This document shows positions 39,024 to 47,328 of a stretch of 64,000 nt of DNA, in pieces. Numbering within the stretch: position 1 is the stretch's first letter; each line of letters opens with the position of its first letter. This DNA comes from Fidelibacterota bacterium (GTDB lineage: Bacteria; Fidelibacterota; Marinisomatia; Marinisomatales; TCS55). Below the pieces are notes generated by a model. It did not search any database. It saw nothing but the letters and a program-made list of their open reading frames with translations, and was not told the DNA's origin. The DNA is taken from the NCBI GenBank assembly GCA_046861385.1, contig JBHHTW010000002.1, positions 1 to 64,000 on the forward strand. Reading direction: 5' to 3'. The translations under genes were made by a program, and so were the position numbers.

Positions 39024-39938
39024 TTAATAATGATATCTTTTTTTAAAGGATTTCCACGATGTGGATTTTCGTTCCATATGTTGATAAAATTTCAAAGGAT
39101 TATAAAATCTATTTTTAATTTTATTTATTGTATTTAGATCCGGCGTAAAAGGAATGGTGGGTCTCTCCGGAATATCCATTTTCAATTGTTTTTCAAACGG
39201 TGTTTCTAATATTTTTAAATTGTATGCCTTGTGCATCAAATACTCAAGATTAACCACATCTTCAATATTGTAGGCTATTAATGTATCTAAGGCTTTTTGG
39301 TTTTTGTTTTGAACGAATTCTTCCCAAAGATAAATCGCAAAGAAACCATCCACGCCTTCAAGATCATTTCTTGAAATACCGAATTGTTTTTCACAACCTT
39401 TTAAACCACCGGAATAACCCAAACTATGTAAAACGTATCTCAAATCAATATGGGCATGATGGAGGGATATATTAAAAAACTTTTCGATAAATGGAATGTC
39501 AAAACACTTTCCATTATACGTTACCAGAAGGTTGTATTGAAAAATATCGTTTACAAAGTCATCGAGATTATCTCCATTAACGTAGTACTTTATTTCTGAA
39601 CCATCATAAAGCGCTATGGTAGTAATGATGGCTGACGATTCATATAAACCTGTCGTTTCAATGTCCAGATAAGCGGTGGTTGATTTAAAATTATTAAAAA
39701 GCCGCCAATGTTGGCTTGCCATTAAACCGGTTGAAAAATAATTCGGATTATTAGACTTTAAATGTTTTTCTGATTTAATGATTTCTTTCTTGAGATAATC
39801 ATGTTTTTTATGGGAAAGTGGAACGTTTTTTGCATTTTTTAAGGATGACCAGTCATAAATGTTTGATGACCATATTTGAGTCTCTGTTTTTGAACCAATT
39901 CCTTTTATGTGACTAAAGGATTGTTCTAACATTATCAA
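39024..39938 (-). CDS. RNase H-like / DnaQ-like exonuclease (YprB-like, RNase_H_2)
   Basis: YLDIETTG, TYNGK.FDIPF, HIDLR, GGLK..E, YN.EDV; N-terminal HhH-like GIG..TE. Confidence 0.85.
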   Translation of the reverse strand: MIMLEQSFSHIKGIGSKTETQIWSSNIYDWSSLKNAKNVPLSHKKHDYLKKEIIKSEKHLKSNNPNYFSTGLMASQHWRLFNNFKSTTAYLDIETTGLYESSAIITTIALYDGSEIKYYVNGDNLDDFVNDIFQYNLLVTYNGKCFDIPFIEKFFNISLHHAHIDLRYVLHSLGYSGGLKGCEKQFGISRNDLEGVDGFFAIYLWEEFVQNKNQKALDTLIAYNIEDVVNLEYLMHKAYNLKILETPFEKQLKMDIPERPTIPFTPDLNTINKIKNRFYNPLKFYQHMERKSTSWKSFKKRYHY

Positions 39939-39964
39939 ATTCCCAAAAGATTAATAATGGCGCT

Positions 39965-40384
39965 CTATTGTTTTTGGTCAGAGAACTCATTTATTTGCCT
40001 ATGCTGTCTCAACATGCAGTTATTCATCACCACAAGTAAACCGGCGTCTTCTGCTAATTGAGCTGCATCCTCATTGATAACACCATCCTGAAGCCAAATC
40101 GCTTTGGCGCCAATTTCAATAGCAGCTTCCGCTATGGGACCCACATGTTCCGGTCGGCGGAAAACATCCACCACATCCACCGGTTTGGGGATGTCTTTCA
40201 ATGAAGGATAACATATTTCTCCGGCAATTTCTGTTTGCCCGGGATTAACCGGAATGATTTCATAACCCTGCTCCCGAAGATAAATAGCCACATAATGGCT
40301 GGGTCGTTCCGGTTTTGGGGACATGCCAACCACAGCAATGGTTTTCATTTTATATATTTTTTCAATGGTTTCTATCTCGTTCAT
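39965..40384 (-). CDS. CoA-binding protein (YccU-like)
   Basis: IAVVG.S.KP.RPS, PVNP, VDVFR, WLQ.G. Confidence 0.92.
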   Translation of the reverse strand: MNEIETIEKIYKMKTIAVVGMSPKPERPSHYVAIYLREQGYEIIPVNPGQTEIAGEICYPSLKDIPKPVDVVDVFRRPEHVGPIAEAAIEIGAKAIWLQDGVINEDAAQLAEDAGLLVVMNNCMLRQHRQINEFSDQKQ

Positions 40385-40402
40385 AATACTTTGATAAATA
40401 CT

Positions 40403-41305
40403 TTATTTCTTTTTGAACATATTTTTCATGACATATGTAATAATTTTCGGATTTTCTTTCAAACGCCGAATGGAATAGTCAAACCAATCCTTACCGAAGG
40501 GAACATATATTCTGACTTTAAATCCTTTTTTTAATAGTGCCTCTAATTTTCCACTCATGGGGACGCCGTATAACACCTGGAATTCAAAACGATCATTACT
40601 GATTTGGTTTTTATCAATCCAATTTTCAATTTCATCAATGATAAAAATATCATGGGTAGCGATGGCAGGATATCCTCCGCCTTCAAAAACGTGTTTCACC
40701 AAATCCACAAATTGATTTTGAATTGTTTGGCTATCATGAAATGCGATGTCCTCAGATTCCCGGTAAATTCCTTTACAAATACGGATGTTCAGTTTTTCAT
40801 CGTTTAATCGGGAAATATCATCTGGTGAACGATGGAGATAGGCCTGGACAACCGGACCCACGTTTTCAAACTGAAGTTTTGCTTCCAAGTATAATTTGAT
40901 GGATGCATCTGTATAGGGTGAATCCTCCATGTCAATGCGGACAAAACTGCCAATTGTTTCAGCTGACTCCAGTAAACGAAACAGGTTGTCCCGTACAATA
41001 TCGTAACCCACATCAAGGCCAATATGGGTCGGTTTAATGGAAATATGACAATTAAGATTATGATCCTTTACTGCTTGGAGTAAATCAATATATGAATTGG
41101 TAACAACGTCAGCCTCATGGCGTGTTTTAACATGCTCACCCAATATATCGCTTGTAACGGCAAAGCCTTTTTCATTCAGTGCTTTGATGTGCTGAATCGC
41201 TTCAACAATGGTTTCTCCCGCTACGTAAGGCTTTGCAAATGGTTTACTCATCCAGCGGGGGAATAGGGGAAGGATAGCCGAAAGTGCAGAATTAATGAGA
41301 TTCAT
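40403..41305 (-). CDS. Monofunctional proline dehydrogenase
   Basis: AGE, D.LGE, SIKPT, IDMED, QAYL.R, R.CKG.Y, ATHD, EFQ.LYG, YVPFG..W..Y..RRL.E. Confidence 0.93.
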   Translation of the reverse strand: MNLINSALSAILPLFPRWMSKPFAKPYVAGETIVEAIQHIKALNEKGFAVTSDILGEHVKTRHEADVVTNSYIDLLQAVKDHNLNCHISIKPTHIGLDVGYDIVRDNLFRLLESAETIGSFVRIDMEDSPYTDASIKLYLEAKLQFENVGPVVQAYLHRSPDDISRLNDEKLNIRICKGIYRESEDIAFHDSQTIQNQFVDLVKHVFEGGGYPAIATHDIFIIDEIENWIDKNQISNDRFEFQVLYGVPMSGKLEALLKKGFKVRIYVPFGKDWFDYSIRRLKENPKIITYVMKNMFKKK

Positions 41306-41477
41306 AGATATTAAAATTTAGGTGAAGTTATCATGGCTCAACAATGGGAAAAAATACCTGATTTTAATCAAATGTTTTATAAAAGCTTGAGTTTAAACGA
41401 AATTTTCCTTCTCCTTGGCGATCCACTTAAACATCCTCATTCTTTTTAAACCCGGAGGTTTTAGGATATATAAGCTT

Positions 41478-41652
41478 GAATATGAAACTCCTATGGAGTT
41501 TTTTTTGTTCTTTATTTATGCGATAGATATTTAACCCGTACCGGGTTTATTGTTCATCATTCTTCAGTATTTCAAGAAAATCCCGTAGGGATTAAATGTT
41601 TATAGAAAGTAGAGGAAAAATCAAAACACTACTCCAGCGGAATTGAATGTTT
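41478..41652. repeat. REP/REPIN-like cluster of four hairpins in nested inverted arrangement
   Basis: AAACTCC-TAT-GGAGTTT, AACCCG-TAC-CGGGTT, AATCCC-GTA-GGGATT, ACTCC-AGC-GGAAT; the inner pair and the outer pair are each degenerate reverse complements including flanks. Confidence 0.65.
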
Positions 41653-41867
41653 AATTGTTGAATTTATATTGTAGGTAACACCACTCTACAAAAGGAGGGG
41701 AATTCTGATTAAACAAATAATTACCAATCATTAAATGGGGTGATGATAATTAATTTTGACCGATAACGCAGATAAAATTCTGTGTTCAAATAATTGGATG
41801 TGGAAACATTTTGAAGTTCTGAAAGCATGGTTTGGAATTTGAAATTTTTCCTAATCCATATCTCTTT

Positions 41868-41884
41868 ATTGTTAATCTAACAAT
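41868..41884. promoter_or_regulatory. Perfect inverted repeat upstream of the nuo promoter (candidate transcription factor site)
   Basis: ATTGTTA-ATC-TAACAAT. Confidence 0.4.
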
Positions 41885-41910
41885 TTCCGCTATTATAGCT
41901 TGAATTGGTG

Positions 41911-41940
41911 TTGCAAAGTGATAAAACAGAAAGCTAAATT
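41911..41940 (+). promoter_or_regulatory. Putative promoter of the nuo cluster
   Basis: TTGCAA-N18-TAAATT, 28 nt before the nuoA ATG. Confidence 0.55.
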
Positions 41941-41968
41941 TCCGGCTCGTAATTATACCACATATTGA

Positions 41969-42403
41969 ATGTATCGCGACTTCGGAACCATATTTCTATT
42001 CATCCTCCTCGGGATTATTTTGGTTTGGGTACCTTTGCTTATTTCAAAGCTCGTGGCCCCCAAAAAAGCCACCCCGGACAAACTTTCCACCTATGAATGT
42101 GGAGAGGAATCAGAAGGATCTGCCTGGATCCAATTCAATATACGGTTTTATGTCATCGCTCTTATTTTCCTTATTTTTGATGTAGAAGTGGTTTTCCTTT
42201 TTCCTTGGGCTGTTGTGTTTAAAGATCTGGGCCTACTGGCATTTGTGGAAATGGCCATTTTCCTTCTGATTTTAATTGTCGGATTGACTTACGTGTGGAA
42301 GAAAGGCGATCTGGATTGGGTGAAATACCGCCTGAAATACGGTCGCGGACGGTACAGAAAAATTGCTGGAAAAGAAAAAGGAGCGCCTGTTGGGTCTGCT
42401 TGA
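41969..42403 (+). CDS. nuoA: NADH-quinone oxidoreductase subunit A
   Basis: K...YECGE, FY..AL.FLIFDVE..FLFPWA, W.KG.L.W. Confidence 0.96.
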   Translation: MYRDFGTIFLFILLGIILVWVPLLISKLVAPKKATPDKLSTYECGEESEGSAWIQFNIRFYVIALIFLIFDVEVVFLFPWAVVFKDLGLLAFVEMAIFLLILIVGLTYVWKKGDLDWVKYRLKYGRGRYRKIAGKEKGAPVGSA

Positions 42404-42881
42404 GAATAAATTTCAAGATAATGTTGTGGTTGCTTCCATGGATAAATTACTGGGCTGGGCGCGATCAACATCTCCCTGGTTTTTCCAATTCGGGTTAGCA
42501 TGCTGCGCTATCGAAATGATGGCGACTGCTGCCAGCCGTCACGACTTGATGCGTATCGGTATGATTCCCCGCTCGTCACCACGGCAGGCTGATGTAATGA
42601 TTGTTGCCGGAACGGTCACTATGAAGATGTCTTTGCGAATAAAAAAATTATATGAACAGATGGCTGACCCTAAATACGTTATTGCCATGGGTAGCTGCGC
42701 CACCAGCGGTGGTCCCTATTGGCAGCACGGGTACCATGTTTTAAAAGGAGTGGACCTCGTGGTTCCGGTAGATGTATATATTCCAGGCTGCCCCCCAAGA
42801 CCGGAAGCATTGATTGAAGGATTACTCAAACTTCAGGAAAAAATTCAAACAGAGCGACCGCTGACGAAAAAAATCGCATGA
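42390..42881 (+). CDS. nuoB: NADH-quinone oxidoreductase subunit B
   Basis: [32 protein letters not shown] start after AAGGAG. Confidence 0.96.
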   Translation: MGLLENKFQDNVVVASMDKLLGWARSTSPWFFQFGLACCAIEMMATAASRHDLMRIGMIPRSSPRQADVMIVAGTVTMKMSLRIKKLYEQMADPKYVIAMGSCATSGGPYWQHGYHVLKGVDLVVPVDVYIPGCPPRPEALIEGLLKLQEKIQTERPLTKKIA

Positions 42882-43765
42882 GTGACGAACAAGCAAAATT
42901 AATTCAGGAAGCGGTTGATAAGGCGCTGGCAGGTAATATGGATGCGATCAATAACATTGAAGACCGCGTCACCAGATCAAAAGCCAAAGCCGCTTTAGTA
43001 AAAGCAAAGCGAGAAGCAAAAAATACTGCTGATGCAGGTGAGGAACCTCCAAAATCACATTCTTTAGAAAGGGAAAAATCACTGTTTATCGATAAAGTGG
43101 TTGCGAAAGCACTCTCGGGAGATATGGATGCGATCAATGCCATTGAGGATCGGGTAACAAGGTCTAAAGCAAAAGCGGCCCTTGTAAAAGCAAAACGGGC
43201 AGCGAAACAAGTTTCTGTTGCGTCTGGAGAAACCACTTCCAAAGAGACGGTCGCGACCGAACCTATCCAAGAAAAATCTTTGAATCAAATAGTAGCAGAA
43301 GCGATTGAAAAGAAATTTTCCGGCTCTATAACCGACAATGATGAGAGTGGGCATATTCAACTTAAGAGCGACGATTGGTTTGAAATTGCACAATTTTTAA
43401 AAGAAAACCCTGATTTCCTCTTTGATTCATTACAATGCGTTACCGGATTTGACTTCGGGGAAGAAGGAGCGTTAGAAGTGCGGTATAACTTGCACTCTAT
43501 GACCCATAACCATTCAATTGAAATTCGGATTCAGACTGATCGTAATGATCCGAAAATTCCCTCAGTTGAACAGGTGTGGCGGATCGGCGACTGGTTCGAG
43601 CGTGAAACATACGATATGTACGGAATTATTTTCGAAGATCACCGCAATATGAAACGGATTTTGCTCCCGGACGATTGGGAAGGATGGCCCTTGCGAAAAA
43701 ATTATGTTACACAGGAATTATACCATGGAATCCTGGTTCCGAAAGTGAAGGAAGGATGGGAGTAG
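42878..43765 (+). CDS. nuoC: NADH-quinone oxidoreductase subunit C with duplicated N-terminal extension
   Basis: C-terminal W.ERE.YDMYGI.F..H....RILLP.DW.GWPLRK; about 130-aa N-terminal extension. Confidence 0.93.
   Translation: MSDEQAKLIQEAVDKALAGNMDAINNIEDRVTRSKAKAALVKAKREAKNTADAGEEPPKSHSLEREKSLFIDKVVAKALSGDMDAINAIEDRVTRSKAKAALVKAKRAAKQVSVASGETTSKETVATEPIQEKSLNQIVAEAIEKKFSGSITDNDESGHIQLKSDDWFEIAQFLKENPDFLFDSLQCVTGFDFGEEGALEVRYNLHSMTHNHSIEIRIQTDRNDPKIPSVEQVWRIGDWFERETYDMYGIIFEDHRNMKRILLPDDWEGWPLRKNYVTQELYHGILVPKVKEGWE
42902..43198 (+). repeat. Intragenic duplication of a 37-aa module in NuoC
   Basis: 42902-43012 and 43088-43198 both encode ..[28 protein letters not shown]. Confidence 0.95.
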
Positions 43766-44874
43766 TTCAGGGAGATTTAATGACCTTGAATATTGGGCCT
43801 CAACACCCCAGTACGCATGGTGTTTTACGGTTAAAAGTAAAAACAGACGGTGAAATCATTTCAGAAGTTGAGCCGATCATTGGATATCTGCATCGTTGTT
43901 TTGAAAAACATTGCGAAAATGTAACCTATGAACAAGTGATTCCTTACACTGATCGCTGCGATTATATTGCTGCCATGAATAATAATCTTGGATATGCGGT
44001 AGCGGTTGAAGAACTGATGGAGTTAAAAGTTCCCGATCGCGTTGAACATATTCGGGTGATTGTGTCAGAACTAAACCGTATTGCCAGTCACTTGTTAGCG
44101 CTGGGTACATTCGGGTTGGATGTGGGAGCCTTTACTCCTTTCTTATACATGTTCCGTGACCGGGAACGAATTTTAGATATATTCGAAGCACTGTGCGGCG
44201 CGAGACTTTTATACAATTATATTTGGGTGGGCGGCCTTTCCCATGATTTCCCAAATGGACTAGAAAATAAGATAATCGGTTTTCTAGATTATTTTGAGCC
44301 CCAACTGGATGAGTACAATAATATATTGACTTACAATAAGATATTCATTGAACGAACTGCAGATGTGGGTGTCATGCCGATAGAGGTGGCAATTAACTAT
44401 GGTGTTACTGGACCCAATTTACGAGGATCTGGCGTTAAATGGGATTTACGCAGGGATGACCCCTATTCAATATATAAACAATTTGATTTTAATATTCCAG
44501 TTGGCTCCGGTTCCGTGGGTACGATTGGCGACTGTTGGGATCGGTATTTCGTGCGGATGTCGGAAATGGGCGAAAGTATCAAAATTATCCGTCAGGCAAT
44601 CAAAGCGCTTCCTGCCGGTGATGTCCATCAAGCGCTGCCCAAAAAAATTCGACCGCCGAAAGGATCAGTATATAAACGAACAGAATCACCCCGGGGAGAT
44701 TTGGGGTATTATATCGAAAGCGATGGATCACCGGTACCGTATCGTTTAAAAATGCGTTCTCCAGCTTTCACAGCTCTCAGCGTTTTGAGTGAAATTTCTT
44801 CCGGTTGGATGATGTCTGATGTGCTCGCTATTCTTGGAAGTCTGGATATTGTATTGGGTGAGATTGACCGATGA
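43756..44874 (+). CDS. nuoD: NADH-quinone oxidoreductase subunit D
   Basis: GPQHPSTHGVLR, GYLHR, RCDY, ELNRIASHL, D.VLGEIDR; lacks hydrogenase Ni-binding CxxC motifs. Confidence 0.97.
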   Translation: MGVVQGDLMTLNIGPQHPSTHGVLRLKVKTDGEIISEVEPIIGYLHRCFEKHCENVTYEQVIPYTDRCDYIAAMNNNLGYAVAVEELMELKVPDRVEHIRVIVSELNRIASHLLALGTFGLDVGAFTPFLYMFRDRERILDIFEALCGARLLYNYIWVGGLSHDFPNGLENKIIGFLDYFEPQLDEYNNILTYNKIFIERTADVGVMPIEVAINYGVTGPNLRGSGVKWDLRRDDPYSIYKQFDFNIPVGSGSVGTIGDCWDRYFVRMSEMGESIKIIRQAIKALPAGDVHQALPKKIRPPKGSVYKRTESPRGDLGYYIESDGSPVPYRLKMRSPAFTALSVLSEISSGWMMSDVLAILGSLDIVLGEIDR

Positions 44875-45947
44875 CTATGGATCAATTAATGAATTGGTTA
44901 CCTTTTTCAGTCGATTGGCCTGCAGCAGCCTTTTTCACTGCAGCACTTATGTGTGGAACAATTATATTTATATTCATTGCTGTCTATGCCCTGATGGCAA
45001 TTTATGGAGAAGTAAAAATTTCATCATTTATGCAGGACAAAGTTGGCCCCATGGGACAAGGGGTTGGATTTCATGCCGGTAAATGGGGGTTGCTGCAACC
45101 GGTAGCTGATGCATTAAAACTTATTTTAAAAGAAGATATTATTTCTGGTTTAGCCGATAAGATATTATTTATAATGGCACCTTATGTCGTGTTTGTCGGT
45201 GCCTTTATTTCATTTGCTGCGTTGCCGGTTAATCAACATACCGTTGTGGCCGATTTAAATATTGGTGTATTTTATATTTTAGCGGTGGGTTCTTTGAGTG
45301 TTATAGGCATCATTTTGGCTGGTTGGAGTTCCAATAATAAATGGTCTCTCTATGGGGGCATGCGTTCCGTAGCCCAGATAGTGAGCTACGAAATTCCGGC
45401 CGGACTATCCATTATTACTGTTATAATGCTTACCGAAACTTTGAGCATGCAGGGCATCGTTGAATTTCAGCAGGGGACGATCTGGGGGATATTACCGAAT
45501 TGGATTATTTTTAATAATCCATTCACATTTATTGCTTTTTTTATCTTTTTCATCAGTGGCGTAGCGGAATGTAATCGAACGCCATTTGATATTCCTGAAG
45601 CAGAATCGGAATTGGTTGCTGGTGCTTTTACAGAATATTCCGGAATGCGCTATGCCTTTTTCTTTTTGAGTGAATATGCTGAAATGTTTGTGATTAGCGC
45701 TGTAGCTTCGACAGTATTCCTCGGTGGTTGGAATAGCCCCATAACGGGGTTTTTTGAAGGTCCCTTTTGGGGTTTGTTTTGGTTTATGGGTAAATCGTTA
45801 TTTTTGGTATTTGTGATGATGTGGTTCCGCTGGACATTCCCGCGCCTGCGCGTGGATCAACTCATGAGTATCTGCTGGAAAGTATTTTTACCTTTTAGTT
45901 TAGTAAATATTTTTGGTGTGGCTATTTGGAGCTTGATTGTTGGATAA
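44871..45947 (+). CDS. nuoH: NADH-quinone oxidoreductase subunit H
   Basis: GLLQP.AD.LKL..KE, AQ.VSYE, AE.NRTPFD.PEAESEL, PR.R.DQ. Confidence 0.97.
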   Translation: MTMDQLMNWLPFSVDWPAAAFFTAALMCGTIIFIFIAVYALMAIYGEVKISSFMQDKVGPMGQGVGFHAGKWGLLQPVADALKLILKEDIISGLADKILFIMAPYVVFVGAFISFAALPVNQHTVVADLNIGVFYILAVGSLSVIGIILAGWSSNNKWSLYGGMRSVAQIVSYEIPAGLSIITVIMLTETLSMQGIVEFQQGTIWGILPNWIIFNNPFTFIAFFIFFISGVAECNRTPFDIPEAESELVAGAFTEYSGMRYAFFFLSEYAEMFVISAVASTVFLGGWNSPITGFFEGPFWGLFWFMGKSLFLVFVMMWFRWTFPRLRVDQLMSICWKVFLPFSLVNIFGVAIWSLIVG

Positions 45948-45950
45948 ATA

Positions 45951-46535
45951 ATGCTGAAATATTTTAGCAACATATTTGAATCGATTTCAACCCTGCTGAC
46001 CGGGATGGGAATTACCTTACGGCATATGATGAAAATTCGTAAGAATAATGTAACACTGCAATATCCCGAAGAAAGGTGGCCTCGCCCGGAGCGTGATATC
46101 GGTTTTGATATTAGTGAATACAACATTATTCGTTCCCGTTTGCAAGTGGATATTGATGATTGCATTGGCTGTATGAAATGCGAACGGGCATGTCCTGTAC
46201 AGTGTATCAAAATTCAAACAGTAAAGTCGGGAGCCAAAGGGGAAGATTTGCTGGATATTGGTCATACTGGTGTCACATCAAACGATACAAAAAAAGCACT
46301 TATCGTTACTCGGTTTGATATTGATATGAGTGAATGCTGTTATTGCAATTTGTGTACCTATCCTTGTCCGGAGGATTGTATCTATATGACAGGCGGGCCT
46401 AATTCCAAAAAACATCCCATTGATTATGAATTTTCACAATATGATCGAAACGATTTAATCTTCAAGTTTGCTAAGGAAGTGGAAGATGAAAAATTGGCGA
46501 AATACTTACCCCCAAAAAAGAAGGTTGAAGCATAA
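45951..46535 (+). CDS. nuoI: NADH-quinone oxidoreductase subunit I (2x[4Fe-4S])
   Basis: T.QYPEE, CIGCMKCERACP, CCYCNLCTYPCP. Confidence 0.94.
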   Translation: MLKYFSNIFESISTLLTGMGITLRHMMKIRKNNVTLQYPEERWPRPERDIGFDISEYNIIRSRLQVDIDDCIGCMKCERACPVQCIKIQTVKSGAKGEDLLDIGHTGVTSNDTKKALIVTRFDIDMSECCYCNLCTYPCPEDCIYMTGGPNSKKHPIDYEFSQYDRNDLIFKFAKEVEDEKLAKYLPPKKKVEA

Positions 46536-47023
46536 TGGCTGATTTGGCATTTTGGATGATTGTTTTGTTGACACTTGGTTCGGCCTTAACTGTTGTGCTG
46601 AATCGAAATTTGATCTATTCAGCCATTGCACTCTTGTTTACATTTTTTGGAATAGCCGGATTGTATGTGTTCCTTTGGGCTGATTTTTTGGCTGGTGTTC
46701 AAGTGATTATTTATGTAGGAGGTATCCTGGTACTGATCATTTTTGGAGTCATGCTTACAAACCGAATCACATCTGTTAATATTTCCCATACCAGCGTTCA
46801 GCGGGGAATAGGAGCTATTGCTGTATTGGGGTTTTTCGCCATTTTGGCTGCTATGATTAATTCAACTCCATGGCTTCAGGCTGAAGCAACGGAGCCGGTT
46901 CAAACAACGGGTAAAATCGGATATCTCTTAATGATGGATTATTTGCTTCCCTTTGAAGTTGCATCTCTTTTACTGCTCGCGGCTTTGATGGGTGCAGCCA
47001 TGTTATCAAGGAAAACCAATTGA
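46535..47023 (+). CDS. nuoJ: NADH-quinone oxidoreductase subunit J
   Basis: A.F....Q..IY.G.I.VL..F..ML; YLLPFE..S.LLL.A..GA. Confidence 0.95.
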   Translation: MADLAFWMIVLLTLGSALTVVLNRNLIYSAIALLFTFFGIAGLYVFLWADFLAGVQVIIYVGGILVLIIFGVMLTNRITSVNISHTSVQRGIGAIAVLGFFAILAAMINSTPWLQAEATEPVQTTGKIGYLLMMDYLLPFEVASLLLLAALMGAAMLSRKTN

Positions 47024-47328
47024 TGGATAGCCTAAATACGTACCTATTTATCGCTGCGATACTATTCTCTTTAGGCATGCTCGGAGTTATTACACGTCGC
47101 AATGCAATTGCTGTACTCATGGGGGTTGAATTAATATTAAATTCGGCAAATTTAAATTTTTTAGCATTTGCAAAATTTGGCGGGATGAATATGTCCGGAC
47201 ACATTTTTGCCCTTTTTGTTATTATCATGGCAGCTGCAGAAGCAGCGGTAGCATTAGCGATTATTATTAATATTTATAATAATTATAAAACCATCAATGT
47301 GGATGACGTGCGGGAGCTCCGGCAATGA
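47023..47328 (+). CDS. nuoK: NADH-quinone oxidoreductase subunit K
   Basis: RRN.I..LM..EL.LN.ANL; AAAEAAV.LA. Confidence 0.96.
   Translation: MDSLNTYLFIAAILFSLGMLGVITRRNAIAVLMGVELILNSANLNFLAFAKFGGMNMSGHIFALFVIIMAAAEAAVALAIIINIYNNYKTINVDDVRELRQ

Noticed and set aside
41447-41652. Possible CRISPR array
   Set aside because: The units are divergent, lie in both orientations, and no cas genes are nearby.
41741-41760. TGATAAT Fur half-site upstream of nuo
   Set aside because: There is no matching second half-site.
42390-44874. Group 4 [NiFe]-hydrogenase instead of complex I
   Set aside because: The large subunit lacks both Ni-binding CxxC motifs and has GPQHPSTHG and GEIDR; NuoB has tandem CC.
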